A stretch of 63,980 nt of DNA, filler included, from an uncultured Myxococcia bacterium (GCA_964617105.1; 3 parts of 3 records of this genome joined end to end with filler, not necessarily neighbours in it), one strand, 5' to 3'; shown: positions 11,101 to 20,542, counted from the first letter of the whole stretch. Numbers and translations: made by a program. The notes: a model not told the origin generated them from the sequence alone.

Positions 11101-11394
11101 TTGGCTTTAGCTCTGGGCCTCTCAAACATGGCCAGCCGTAGAGTAAGAGTTGATACACTGTTTCTAGATGAAGGGTTTGGAACCCTGGATGAAGAATCTA
11201 TGGATACTGCTCTGAGGACTCTTACCGGACTTCAACAGGAGGGGAAGTTGATCGGGGTTATTTCTCATATACCGGCATTAAAACAACAGATAAACACCCA
11301 AATAAATGTTGTTTCAGACTCTGGAGGTAAGAGCACCTTAAAGGGCCCCGGTTGCAGGAGAATAACTTCTAAAAATATGTCAACCCGGGATTGA
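8122..11394 (+). CDS. sbcC: Exonuclease SbcCD subunit C (SMC-like ATPase)
   Basis: NLNSL, GPTGAGKT, LAQGGF, long coiled coil with CPLCG Zn hook, LSGGE signature, LFLDEGFGTLD, VISH. Confidence 0.95.
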   Translation: MKIIKLKFKNLNSLYGEWKIDFTFSEYISEGIFAITGPTGAGKTTILDAICLAIYGRTPRLKSINKSSNEIMSRQTGECYAEVVFETQTGKYRAHWSQHRARKKADGNLADSKHEISNAVDGKILASKKRDVAECAEDTTGMDFDRFTRSIMLAQGGFTAFLQASQDQRAPILEQITGTELYSEISKKVHERHREEKENLKLLQAEIQGIALLDSAEFQTLTQEIGEKQANKQKISSQYEKIKSSILWLNQIEALKKAIDNITKEEYQLFDNTEAFKPEKEKLDKGLNADNLQVEHTKLLQMRNEQKRSQESLENSSKKLPNLEKSLNQIENDFAFANKECVGSKDYQRAELKLIKRVRELDLRLSEKKDSLNKTVSDFQKLKEQLSENQQLQTAKLAQQKTKKGHLETIIRYLSDNSVDEKLITEFTGIKEQLKNLISISHYISAQKKNINGQEKQVKRDSVFQENQQKMVDELKKCLKNEQKQLTETKNKLKEHLGPKLLREYRSQLEYLYREMGLQSKILSLKDERQQLEDGKECPLCGSKDHPYARGNVPDIEQTQREIDRLSALIKKVEKLESSIKHSENKEKNSISKLYKAEKESIKAENQKQQSLLELQRLKDELKEQQQRLDKLNDHLEVELKPFGVDELLEKDKISIETILEDRVNRRKSFQKQQTEKEEQISGLVSDLKGFEVIIQTLGDSLKEKQELISGAQQVLNKLKEQRQELYGSKDPDQEETRMEKLVIDAENREKNVGEKREQAIRELEKIKTRINSLIEDIDKIKPYLEDRENSFILNYEKNGFVDEQTFRSCILTQTEKEALSQKQKSLENMQVEVSTRKKDLEDRLSLEIQKQVTESSLEILKKEQAEVEEALQKLGEDIGAIKQQISDHQEAKIRYQEKMAAIDAQNQECKRWNNLHQLIGSVDGKKFRNFAQGITFELMVSHANRQLKTMTDRYLLVRHREHPLELNVCDNYQAGEIRTTKNLSGGESFLVSLALALGLSNMASRRVRVDTLFLDEGFGTLDEESMDTALRTLTGLQQEGKLIGVISHIPALKQQINTQINVVSDSGGKSTLKGPGCRRITSKNMSTRD

Positions 11395-11401
11395 AATCCC
11401 A
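11380..11401 (+). repeat. 22-bp palindromic REP-like repeat, copy 1 (TCAACCCGGGATTGAAATCCCA)
   Basis: Identical to 14852-14873. Internal hairpin GGGATT-GA-AATCCC. Overlaps the sbcC stop. Confidence 0.8.
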
Positions 11402-11417
11402 GGAATTCTTTTCGTTT

Positions 11418-13277
11418 TTAATAAGGTAAATCAAGACTGCTGCTGTCGCCGCTGATAATAGAAGCAGCCAGAGAATGAAGTTGGGGGATAAAGTGATAGC
11501 AGGCATGGCGAGCCAGGTGAATTCTGGAGGCATAGAAACGGCTTTTGGGGCCGGGCCAGCAATTGGGTCCGGAAAAGAGCATTTTGTCCAAAGATTGGGG
11601 CAATTCGATTTTTTCTAGTTTGTGGTTGGCAGTAACTGCCTGCTGCACCAGCAGAAAGGTTGAGGTCAAAAGACCGAACATTTTTAAGTATGGCGTAGAG
11701 TTCAAGATTGCATAACTCTTATGTTCAGTCGCTGCCGCAGAGGCCAGCCTGGTGGTAACCTGCAGCAGAGACTGGCAACCCTTGTCGAGTTCCTTCACCA
11801 GGTCAGACAATTGGGGATGGGTCTGGTATTCATTGATAAAGGCCTTAATCTCTTTGGTGAAATTGAGCAGCAATTCACCATTCTTGGCGGCAATTTTTTT
11901 GCCTAATAAAGTTACTGCCTGGGCGCTGTTGGTGCCGCAATAGAGTGGTGCTGCCATAATATCCCGAAGATAGCGTTCCAGGGGCAATTGCCGGCAGTAT
12001 CCCCTGGCGCCGCAGACTTGGATGGCAATCTGGCAAACTTCTATGCCCGCTTCGCTGCAGTATGCTTTGCATAGAGGGATGAAAAGTTCCGCCAGGTCCA
12101 TAAATCTACTGGCCAGGTTTTTATCCTGGCATCCATTAGCCATGCTGAGTAAATACTCGCTGTAATAGAGCAAAGAACGGCACCCGCTCACCATGGTATG
12201 CATACGGGTTAATAAATATCTGATATTGGGATAGGAGATAATGGCGTTATTTTTTGAGGCCGAACGTCCCTGCACCTGTCCGCCGGCGTATTCCAGGGCG
12301 GTTTGAAAGGCGGCGGAAGATAAAGAGACCGATAGAGCACCGCTTAATAACCGCATTTCGTTAAGCAGGCTGGTTAGCATTGCCAAACCCTGTCCTTTGG
12401 CTCCTAAAAGTTGACCAGAGCAATGGCCGGTTTCACCAAAAGAGAGATCGCATAGCGGCAGGGTTGATAGTCCCAGGGTTGACTTGACCTGTAAGCAGTT
12501 TACATGGTTGTTTTGAAATTGGTCTGCGGCTTGATTTTTGGTGTTTTCAGGGGTGGAATCGGGCCAGCCAGAAGGGAGGTATTTGGGCACTAGAAAAAAA
12601 CTGGAGTTGGCGTCAGCAGGGTTATCATTCTCTGCAATGGCCAGCACCAGGTAGACAATATTTTGCCCCAAATCATGGTTACCGCCGGCAATAAAGCATT
12701 TTTCTCCATTAATATGGTAATAATCACCCTCCCCTTTTGCGGCTCGGCAAGATATCCGCTCAAGTGAACTACCGGCTTCGGACTCAGTTATACAGATTGC
12801 TCCCGTCCATTCACCTTTATAGAGTTTTGGTAAAAATAGTTGTTTGGTTTGTTGGTCGGCAAAATGGTTAATAAACCGGGCAACAAGGCTAGTATGAAGG
12901 TGTTGCAAAACCGGAGCCGGAAAAGGGGCCATCAAAATATCGGTAATGGCCGCCTGAATGATCCTGGGAAGACCATAACCGCCCATATTTGATTCTCCAG
13001 GGGCAGTGCTTAGCAAAAACCACCTATCCTGGGCCAACAGTTGATAGATCTTTTTTTGTTCATCTGGTAGAGATACCTGACCTTGACTAAAATTTACCCC
13101 TTTTTTTTCCGCTTTTTTCACCAAAGAGGCCATCTGCTCGGCTAAATCTTCCGCTTTGGTCAGCAGAGAATCAGTTATATCGTCTTCCTGACTCAGTAAA
13201 CCTTTTAAACCAAAGATTTCGTAGAGTAGAAAAGACTGCTCATCATCAGGAAAAATATATTGACTGATATTTTGCAT
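11418..13277 (-). CDS. Acyl-CoA dehydrogenase family protein (long form with C-terminal extension)
   Basis: GGYGLP, FLPKLYKGEWTGAICITESEAGS, INGEKCFIAGG, FFLVPK, AIQVCGARGY, LERYLRD, YCGTN. Confidence 0.85.
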   Translation of the reverse strand: MQNISQYIFPDDEQSFLLYEIFGLKGLLSQEDDITDSLLTKAEDLAEQMASLVKKAEKKGVNFSQGQVSLPDEQKKIYQLLAQDRWFLLSTAPGESNMGGYGLPRIIQAAITDILMAPFPAPVLQHLHTSLVARFINHFADQQTKQLFLPKLYKGEWTGAICITESEAGSSLERISCRAAKGEGDYYHINGEKCFIAGGNHDLGQNIVYLVLAIAENDNPADANSSFFLVPKYLPSGWPDSTPENTKNQAADQFQNNHVNCLQVKSTLGLSTLPLCDLSFGETGHCSGQLLGAKGQGLAMLTSLLNEMRLLSGALSVSLSSAAFQTALEYAGGQVQGRSASKNNAIISYPNIRYLLTRMHTMVSGCRSLLYYSEYLLSMANGCQDKNLASRFMDLAELFIPLCKAYCSEAGIEVCQIAIQVCGARGYCRQLPLERYLRDIMAAPLYCGTNSAQAVTLLGKKIAAKNGELLLNFTKEIKAFINEYQTHPQLSDLVKELDKGCQSLLQVTTRLASAAATEHKSYAILNSTPYLKMFGLLTSTFLLVQQAVTANHKLEKIELPQSLDKMLFSGPNCWPGPKSRFYASRIHLARHACYHFIPQLHSLAASIISGDSSSLDLPY

Positions 13278-13288
13278 GGTAATTTTAC

Positions 13289-14836
13289 CTATTTGCCTGT
13301 GATTTCAAAATCTTCGCGGTGAAAACTGGGAAAGGAGCGGACCGATATTTTTTTATTATATTTTTTCTCCAGATGATCCAGATTTTCATGCTCTTCATTA
13401 AAGAGCATATCCGCGATCTCGGAATTGGTGTTAACTTCAATCAGGCTTCCCGGAAGATTAATAGCTACTCTCCTGATCTCCCGAAAGACTTCATAGCAGA
13501 CCGTGGTGCAGGATTTGATAAACCCTTTGCCATCGCAATAGGGACATAGTTCACCTAAAAACCGTCCCAGGCTTTCTCTAATCCTTTTCCTGGTCATCTC
13601 TACCAGTCCTAACTCCGATATTTTTTGTACCTTGGTTTTGGCCCGATCTAACTTCAATTGCTCTATAAGATGGTGATAGACTTTGTCCCGGTTGCTCTGC
13701 TTCTGCATATCGATAAAATCAATGATTATGATTCCTCCCAGGTTGCGCAGCCGAAGTTGGTACACGATTTCCCGCACCGCCTCCAGGTTGGTCTTGGTGA
13801 TGGTATCCTCGGTATTTTCTTTGCTCACATGACGGCCGGTGTTGACATCAATGGCGGTAAGAGCCTCGGTTTGATCGATAACAATGGAGCCGCCAGATTT
13901 GAGCCAGACTTGCCTCTCCAGGGCTCTGGATATCTCCATCTCAATGCCGTAAGCGTCAAAGATCGGTTCCTCTCCCTGGTAAAGTTCTACTTTTGATTTT
14001 AATTTGGGCAAATAGAATTTTATAAAGTCGTTTATCTTCTTAAACTCCACCCGGCTGTCTACCACCAGTTTGTCTATATCGGTGGTGAAAAGGTCCCGGG
14101 TGGCTCTGAGGATCAGGTTTAGATCTTCATGAAGAATATCAGGCGCCTTTACGCTATCATGACGCCCCAGGATGTCATTCCACAAATTGATCAGAAACTC
14201 CATATCCACCTGCAATTTATACTTGCTCTTGCCTTTGGCAGCTGTGCGGACAATAAAACCGCTTCCTTTGGGTCTAATTTCCTCCACTATATCCCGCAGC
14301 CGCGATCTCTCCTGTTCGTCTTCGATACGGCGGCTGATGCCAATATGGTCGATGGTGGGCATATAAACCAGGTGCCTTCCGGGCATGGATAGGCGGGAAG
14401 TTACCCTGGGCCCTTTGGTGCTTAGAGGCTCCTTGGCGATTTGAACCATAATTGCCTGCCCCTCTTTGACTAGATCACAGATATCGGGCATTTTGTAATC
14501 TTCCTGTTTTTTCTCCTTTTTAAAATGTTCCTCCTCATCCTCGTTCAATACTTGATCTTTGAACTCCAACTCTTCGGGACCGGAAAAAAGATTAAAGGCA
14601 TTATTGCCTCTATGTTGAATGTCACTGACATGCAAAAAAGCGGCTTTGCCAATACCAATATCCACAAAAGCAGCCTGCATACTGGGGATTACCCTGGACA
14701 CCACCCCTTTGTAGATATTGCCTAAAATCCCCCGATCTTTTATTCTCTCCATAAAAAGTTCAGAGAGCATTCCCCCTTCCACAAAAGCAACCCTGGTTTC
14801 CTCTATATTGGCATTTATAATTAACATGTGACTCAT
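13289..14836 (-). CDS. rng: Ribonuclease G (Rne/Rng family)
   Basis: S1 domain GNIYKGVVSRVIPSMQAAFVDIG, TEALTAIDVNTG, LRLRNLGGIIIIDFIDM, CPYCDGKG. 515 aa, with no long RNase E C-terminal scaffold. Confidence 0.92.
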   Translation of the reverse strand: MSHMLIINANIEETRVAFVEGGMLSELFMERIKDRGILGNIYKGVVSRVIPSMQAAFVDIGIGKAAFLHVSDIQHRGNNAFNLFSGPEELEFKDQVLNEDEEEHFKKEKKQEDYKMPDICDLVKEGQAIMVQIAKEPLSTKGPRVTSRLSMPGRHLVYMPTIDHIGISRRIEDEQERSRLRDIVEEIRPKGSGFIVRTAAKGKSKYKLQVDMEFLINLWNDILGRHDSVKAPDILHEDLNLILRATRDLFTTDIDKLVVDSRVEFKKINDFIKFYLPKLKSKVELYQGEEPIFDAYGIEMEISRALERQVWLKSGGSIVIDQTEALTAIDVNTGRHVSKENTEDTITKTNLEAVREIVYQLRLRNLGGIIIIDFIDMQKQSNRDKVYHHLIEQLKLDRAKTKVQKISELGLVEMTRKRIRESLGRFLGELCPYCDGKGFIKSCTTVCYEVFREIRRVAINLPGSLIEVNTNSEIADMLFNEEHENLDHLEKKYNKKISVRSFPSFHREDFEITGK

Positions 14837-14851
14837 ATATTATTTCTCCTT

Positions 14852-14873
14852 TCAACCCGGGATTGAAATCCCA
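14852..14873 (+). repeat. 22-bp palindromic REP-like repeat, copy 2
   Basis: Identical to 11380-11401. Intergenic between the radical SAM gene and rng. Confidence 0.8.
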
Positions 14874-14881
14874 TAGTTACT

Positions 14882-17572
14882 CTATGGTTTCATTACCACG
14901 TCTTTAATTATGGTTAAATAGTCTATATCTATATCTGAAAATGAAAAAATCTTTTTGGCCATTTTCCATGGTCCAGGTAGATTTGCCTGCGGTATTATAA
15001 TCAATTTTAGAATAATTTTCTCTTTTATAAAAGATGTTTTAAAGGAATCGATAGCATCCCAGGGATAGTTGGGTTTTTCCGGCCGGGTTAACTCTGCCAA
15101 TTGAGCCTCAAGTTGACTGATAAATTTTAACGGCTCTATACTACCGGTCAAATCAGCGGGGCAGACCAGGGTGTAGATAACTTTTTCAAACAGCAGGCTG
15201 ATATTGGATTTGCAGTTCGGCTTTTCCATAATTTCCAGGCAGCGCAGTCCGTTAATAGGCTCAAAAGATTCCAGTGCCTCTTTCTGTTCTATGGAAATAG
15301 GAGTGGTTAAGTGGATAATGAAGAACTCAGCCAAACTCTCCACCCCCAGGGCCAGGGCGGGGGAAAAATTGATCTTTATTTTAGGATGAAAACCAATGGT
15401 AAAACGTAGAGGCAAGTTTAGCCTTACCAGTCCGCGCATCAAGGCGTTCATACTATTGAGGTGGCTAATATATTTGGCATCACCTTTTTTTTGATATTTA
15501 ACCAGATAGGAGAAAAACTGCGGCTCTTCTGAAGAGTTGATTTTGGGATCAACATCAGGTACGGTTTTCTGAAGATTTGAAGTTATGTCCTGTGGTTGAG
15601 AGTTATTTTTATCGATTATCAACTCTGGTTTAACCGCTTTTTGGCAAGCGCCGCACTGGTGGCACTGCAATTTTTTTCCCGATTGTATATTTACGGTAAG
15701 AGAGCAGTCCGGAGTAAGTTTTTCCTGCTGGGCCTGTTCATATTCTTGCCACAGAAAAGAGCGTTTTACTCCGCATTTCAAGTGATCCCAGGGAAATATC
15801 TCCTCCTTTTCCCTGGGGCGGTGCAGGTAAAAAGAGGCGTGCGGCAATTGACCTTGCTCCTGCAAATGCTGGTAAGAGTTTTTCCATACCTGGTATTTGA
15901 ACTTCTCGCCCCAGTTTTGTAAAACAGCACCCGCTTGAAACACCTTTTCGATCCAGGGGCCCAGCCGCCTGTCCCCTCTGGATAAAATTCCTTCCAGGAA
16001 TGATTTGCCTTTATCGCTAATAGAGAGGTCGATTTTCCGGTATCCTCCTATTTTTTTTTCCAGCACTTCTATCTTTTTTTCTAAATCCTCCAACTCGGTC
16101 ATAGAGCACCACTGGAAAGGGGTGTGGCTTTTGGGAATGAAAGTGGATAGACTTAAATGCAGGGACTTTTTTTTGCCCTTTTTTCTCATGGACGCAACCT
16201 TAAAGGCCAAATCAGCGATACTCTCTATGTCACCTATATTTTCGCCAGGAAGTCCCAGCATGAAATAGAGTTTAATCATGGGCCAGCCAGCCTGAAATAC
16301 TTTTTCTACAGTGGCCAGGAGATCCTCCTGGGTATTGCCCTTGTTGATTATCCGGCGCAACCTATCGGAACCGGCTTCGGGCGCCAGGGTGAATCCGGTT
16401 TTTCTTATTTTTTTAACATAATCTATCATGCCGGGAGTAAGAGTTTCCGGTCTTAGCGATGGCAAAGAGATAGCGGTTCTAAAGGGACTGCAAATGGGAA
16501 GTAAATTCTGCAAAAGAGACAAAATATAAGGATAATCACCGGCAGATAAAGAAAGCAATCCCAACTCCTGGAATCCGGTATTCTGTAATATCTCTTCCGC
16601 CAGTTCCAATATTTTGGCCGGAGAACGGCGCCTTACCGGCCTGGTAAGCATTCCTGCCTGGCAGAAGCGGCAACCTCGGCTACAGCCTCGCTGGATCTCT
16701 ATTGTTGCCCGATCATGGACCACTTGATGTAAAGGAATTATTGGGGCTTTGGGGTGAAAACTCTCCTCCAGGTTACAAGTAACTCGTTTTTCAATCGCCG
16801 GCAATTGAAGTTGGTAAAAGGGACCCGATGGCTGCCAGCAATTGCCTCCTAAAAATTGCGGATGTGAAGGAATATAAATCCCTTTTATCTCCTCTAATTG
16901 GTTCAACAACTCCTGTTTAGTTTTTTGATCTACGCTTACCTGACGGCGGGAATTTCTATTGCCACGAAAATCGCGATAAACCTGGATAATCTCTTGCACA
17001 ACCTCCTCACCATCACCCAGCACAAAGAGATCGAAAAAGTCAGCTATAGGTTCAGGGTTAAAGGCATTGGGGCCGCCGCCGATAATTAATGGGAAATCCA
17101 GGTTTCTCTCCTGGCTGCGGAGGGGTATTTTCGCCAGGGATAACATCCATAACACGGTAGGGTAACAGAGTTCGTGTTGTAGAGAAAAGCCTAGAATATC
17201 AAACTGGGAAACAGGAATTTTATTTTCCAGAGAAAATAGCGGTTTATCTATCTGAGTCAGCATTTGAGCCATATCTGGCCAGGGTGCGTAGACTCTTTCC
17301 ACTAAAAGTGATGGGGTATTGGCTAAAAGATGGTAGAGAATACTATGGCCAAAATAACTCATACCAATTTCATAAATATCTGGATAGCAGAGACCATACC
17401 AAACATCGCATTTATCCGGATCGGTTTTTTGGGAATTCCATTCGCCACCAATATAGCGGCTGGGTTTTTCCACCTTTAACAACGAAAAGGATTCCCGGCA
17501 TTTTAATGACGGGTTGATAAGAGATTGAATAACATTTTTCATATCAGTATAATACTTTCGCCTATAAGGCAC
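14882..17572 (-). CDS. B12-binding radical SAM protein (TIGR03960-like) fused to DUF2344/TIGR03936-like domain
   Basis: VEKPSRYIGGEWN, YPDIYEIGMS, RGCSRGCRFCQAG (CxxxCxxC), TLAPEAGS, C-terminal KYISHL...GFHPKIKINFSPALALGVES. True start may be ATG 17542. Confidence 0.9.
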   Translation of the reverse strand: MPYRRKYYTDMKNVIQSLINPSLKCRESFSLLKVEKPSRYIGGEWNSQKTDPDKCDVWYGLCYPDIYEIGMSYFGHSILYHLLANTPSLLVERVYAPWPDMAQMLTQIDKPLFSLENKIPVSQFDILGFSLQHELCYPTVLWMLSLAKIPLRSQERNLDFPLIIGGGPNAFNPEPIADFFDLFVLGDGEEVVQEIIQVYRDFRGNRNSRRQVSVDQKTKQELLNQLEEIKGIYIPSHPQFLGGNCWQPSGPFYQLQLPAIEKRVTCNLEESFHPKAPIIPLHQVVHDRATIEIQRGCSRGCRFCQAGMLTRPVRRRSPAKILELAEEILQNTGFQELGLLSLSAGDYPYILSLLQNLLPICSPFRTAISLPSLRPETLTPGMIDYVKKIRKTGFTLAPEAGSDRLRRIINKGNTQEDLLATVEKVFQAGWPMIKLYFMLGLPGENIGDIESIADLAFKVASMRKKGKKKSLHLSLSTFIPKSHTPFQWCSMTELEDLEKKIEVLEKKIGGYRKIDLSISDKGKSFLEGILSRGDRRLGPWIEKVFQAGAVLQNWGEKFKYQVWKNSYQHLQEQGQLPHASFYLHRPREKEEIFPWDHLKCGVKRSFLWQEYEQAQQEKLTPDCSLTVNIQSGKKLQCHQCGACQKAVKPELIIDKNNSQPQDITSNLQKTVPDVDPKINSSEEPQFFSYLVKYQKKGDAKYISHLNSMNALMRGLVRLNLPLRFTIGFHPKIKINFSPALALGVESLAEFFIIHLTTPISIEQKEALESFEPINGLRCLEIMEKPNCKSNISLLFEKVIYTLVCPADLTGSIEPLKFISQLEAQLAELTRPEKPNYPWDAIDSFKTSFIKEKIILKLIIIPQANLPGPWKMAKKIFSFSDIDIDYLTIIKDVVMKP

Positions 17573-19652
17573 AGTCNNNNNNNNNNAAGAGCAACAGCCA
17601 AATCCACAAATCCTGTTGTCCGTCCCGGGGTGACAGAAGCCGGCTAAAAAAGGTATTGCCCTGGGACAATGCCGCCATTTTGTTCATCTTAACTTTGGAG
17701 GTGTTTGATTCTTGCGGGTCAAGATTACAGACAAAGCCTTTTCCGGATTTACTCCATCCGCTGCCGTTTTTTTCATTGATTAGATAATAACCCGGATCCC
17801 AAGTTTTTCGGAAAAAATAGCCCTTTTTCCCCCGGGCCAGGTAATAGTTTTTTCCTCGGGGAGTAGACAGAGAATAAACCTGATTACTCTTTTGAACAGA
17901 TTCCATAAGGTATTCATTTCCAACAATAATTGAGGGGAACTCAGGTGTGGAAAAGTGACCCGACAAATAGAGCGTTATCCGCTTTATCAGGGGCAAATAT
18001 GCGGTTTTGATGGGAAAATCGGTCCAATCACGGTCAATGGTAGAGGTAAAGAGCATTACCCGACCGGAATAATAGGATTTTTCCAACAGAGCCGGGAGGC
18101 GGTTAGAGAAACGCATCAATACATTTTGTTGTCCATCGGGATCAAGCAGGAAAAACCCGTGGGTTCTAGAGTTGTTCATACTCTCCAGGGAATTATAAGT
18201 AAAACCTTTGAACAAAGGGTGGGAAAAATTATATCCGGTAAATCCCAGGGATTTCAGTGCAAAATCTTTATCTCCCGGCTGAGCCAGTATTTTTATACCT
18301 CTTAGAGGCGATGGCAGTAAATCGCCCAACTTTTGATTGTAAATCTCTGGTTGGACATTTCCCCCCAGGGTAATCAGCAGGCTACCGCCACTTTTTACAA
18401 ATTGTTTAAGCCCTTGCCAATGTTTATCCTCCAGGTTGGAGATATTGGCGGCTATTACCAGATCGAAATCGGAAAAAGAGGTTGAATCGAGAAAGGAAGG
18501 AGCAACCTCTTTTAAAAAGAATTTTTCACTATTTCCTTTATCTGGCTCCAATGCCTTTTTAAGATAGAAAAATTCGTCCTGGAAAAAAGTGGAACGTCTC
18601 TGTCCATTGATTAGCAAGATATTATACGGACGACTGCAAAACAGCGAAAAATAGCGCTGGTTATCCCCGGGTAGATTATCGGCCTTAATCTCAATTTTTC
18701 CCATATACCGGCCGGGACTCTCCAGAATATAGTTAAAAACTTTTTCCGTTTCCTGGCCGGGCTCCAAGTCGATATAACCGCTGGCTCGGCGTTTGCCGCC
18801 AACCTCTAAATGGATAGGATGGGCAGATATGGACTGGCTGGAAAAATTTGTTACCTTACTTTTAAACGTATAACCCATAGCATGGAGACTTGGATTGGCA
18901 GCGATTTCGACACCGGTAATAGCCAGGTTATCCATGGAATCGGAAGCCATATCCTGGTATTCCAGGTTGATTTTCCCCTCGGTTACTGCTGGCACCTGTT
19001 TTAATCCGGTTAGTAAATCAGCCCAGGTGCCTTTGGTAAAATCACTGTAAATGATCAACCGTTTTTCAGAGGTGATCTTTTCATCAGCGCCATTTTCCCG
19101 GGATAATAAAAACTCAAAAGATTTTTGTATAGCGGGTTCCATTAGAGGACGAAGATAAGTGGGCTTTATATTTTTCAGTTCTTTAAGGAGCAACTCCTGA
19201 TCACCAGAGCCAATAATATTTAATTTTGGAGCAGGAACCACCAGGGCTAGTTGATCCAAAGGTTGCATGGAAGATATCTTTTTTTCCGCCTCTTTTTTTG
19301 CTTTTTCAAGCAGGCTTTTCCCATGATGTTGGTACTGCATACTAAAGGAAGTGTCTAAAAGCACTACTGTCTTTTTGGCCACGATTTTCCCGCTGGATTG
19401 GGTCTGGCGGCTTAAAAATGGCTGGGCAAAGGCTAATACCAGGGCAGCCAAACAAAGAGTCCGTAACATCATCAATAAAAATTGTCTGATTTTGAGCCGC
19501 CGGGCCTGTTTCTGAAGAGAGCGCAGCACAAAGGATATGGCCGAAAAGCGGTGTTCTCTGGCTTTTTTTCGGCTTAAAAAATGGATCACTATCGGTAGAA
19601 AGGCCAACACCAGTGCTGGTAGAAGATATCCCTGTAAAAAGTGTAAAGACAT
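17562..19652 (-). CDS. BatA N-terminal / vWA / glutamine-amidotransferase-like domain protein
   Basis: LPIVIHFLSRKK...FSAISF...LLMMLRTL...LAFAQP (BatA), LLDTSFSM (MIDAS), DNQRY, DRDWTDFP, NLDPQES. The 3' end crosses a 10-N gap (17577-17586), so the stop is uncertain. Confidence 0.85.
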   Translation of the reverse strand: MSLHFLQGYLLPALVLAFLPIVIHFLSRKKAREHRFSAISFVLRSLQKQARRLKIRQFLLMMLRTLCLAALVLAFAQPFLSRQTQSSGKIVAKKTVVLLDTSFSMQYQHHGKSLLEKAKKEAEKKISSMQPLDQLALVVPAPKLNIIGSGDQELLLKELKNIKPTYLRPLMEPAIQKSFEFLLSRENGADEKITSEKRLIIYSDFTKGTWADLLTGLKQVPAVTEGKINLEYQDMASDSMDNLAITGVEIAANPSLHAMGYTFKSKVTNFSSQSISAHPIHLEVGGKRRASGYIDLEPGQETEKVFNYILESPGRYMGKIEIKADNLPGDNQRYFSLFCSRPYNILLINGQRRSTFFQDEFFYLKKALEPDKGNSEKFFLKEVAPSFLDSTSFSDFDLVIAANISNLEDKHWQGLKQFVKSGGSLLITLGGNVQPEIYNQKLGDLLPSPLRGIKILAQPGDKDFALKSLGFTGYNFSHPLFKGFTYNSLESMNNSRTHGFFLLDPDGQQNVLMRFSNRLPALLEKSYYSGRVMLFTSTIDRDWTDFPIKTAYLPLIKRITLYLSGHFSTPEFPSIIVGNEYLMESVQKSNQVYSLSTPRGKNYYLARGKKGYFFRKTWDPGYYLINEKNGSGWSKSGKGFVCNLDPQESNTSKVKMNKMAALSQGNTFFSRLLSPRDGQQDLWIWLLLXXXXDCAL

Positions 19653-19663
19653 TCGTTCTTATC

Positions 19664-20542
19664 CTATGAGGCCAGGAATTTCAACAGGCTTTCCTCCAAA
19701 GAATCGGTGGTGGAAAAACGATGATATTTTATGTTGGATCGTAAACAGGTTAGGCGACAGAACTCCAGGAATTGGTTAAATTCCTCAAGGTAAGTGTTAC
19801 GAATTGTTCTTGGAAAAGTGGTAATTTCCTGCTCATTTTCCATTCCTACAAACCTGGTTTGCATGTCAAAGGGAAAGGAGATTTCAGTCGGATGAAGGAT
19901 ATGGAAAATTATAATGGTGTGTCCCTGCTGTTTAAGTTGAATCAAAAAGTTCAACAGTTTCTCTTCCATATCAAAAAGATCACTGGCCAATATCAGCAAA
20001 CTTCTTTTGGAAAGCAATTCACCTAATATTTGCATTAACGAAATTACTTCGAAACTGCTCTGGCAGTTGATATCGACCAGGAAACTGAGAATTTTTTGCA
20101 TTTGTCTCTGATCTGAGGAACAGGGCAGATATGAGGAGTGGTGCTCACCCTTTCCATTTCCAGGTATAGCGAGGACACCAACCGAATCCTGCTGCCGGTT
20201 AAGCATATATGCTATGGCCCCCAACAATAGTTTGCCATATTCAATTTTTTTTGCACCATTGCCATAGGCCATAGATTGCGACGCATCTAAAATGCAATAG
20301 GCATTTATATTGGTTTCGAATTGAAAACGTTTGATATAGTGCTTGTCGGTTCTGGCCATAACTTTCCAATCCAGATGGCGTAATTCATCTCCTACTGAAT
20401 ATTCTTTATGTTGACTGAACTCAATGCTTTGTCCCTGTAAAGGACTTTTGTGGATTCCGCTCATAGTTCCATCAACCGCCTGTTGGATGAGGAATTGCAT
20501 CTGAGCCAGTTTTTCCAGTAGTTTTTGGTCCAGGTTCTTCAT
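19664..20542 (-). CDS. DUF58 domain protein
   Basis: GIHKSPLQGQSIEFSQHKEYSVGDELRHLDWKV, LDASQSM, SDLFD. Start placed at ATG 20542 because of an upstream AAGGA RBS. Confidence 0.9.
   Translation of the reverse strand: MKNLDQKLLEKLAQMQFLIQQAVDGTMSGIHKSPLQGQSIEFSQHKEYSVGDELRHLDWKVMARTDKHYIKRFQFETNINAYCILDASQSMAYGNGAKKIEYGKLLLGAIAYMLNRQQDSVGVLAIPGNGKGEHHSSYLPCSSDQRQMQKILSFLVDINCQSSFEVISLMQILGELLSKRSLLILASDLFDMEEKLLNFLIQLKQQGHTIIIFHILHPTEISFPFDMQTRFVGMENEQEITTFPRTIRNTYLEEFNQFLEFCRLTCLRSNIKYHRFSTTDSLEESLLKFLAS

Noticed and set aside
6872-11394. sbcDC as a horizontally acquired or defence island because it looks A-rich
   Set aside because: Lys/Glu coiled coils are inherently A-rich, motifs are canonical SbcCD, and there are no mobility genes. 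Composition was not computed.
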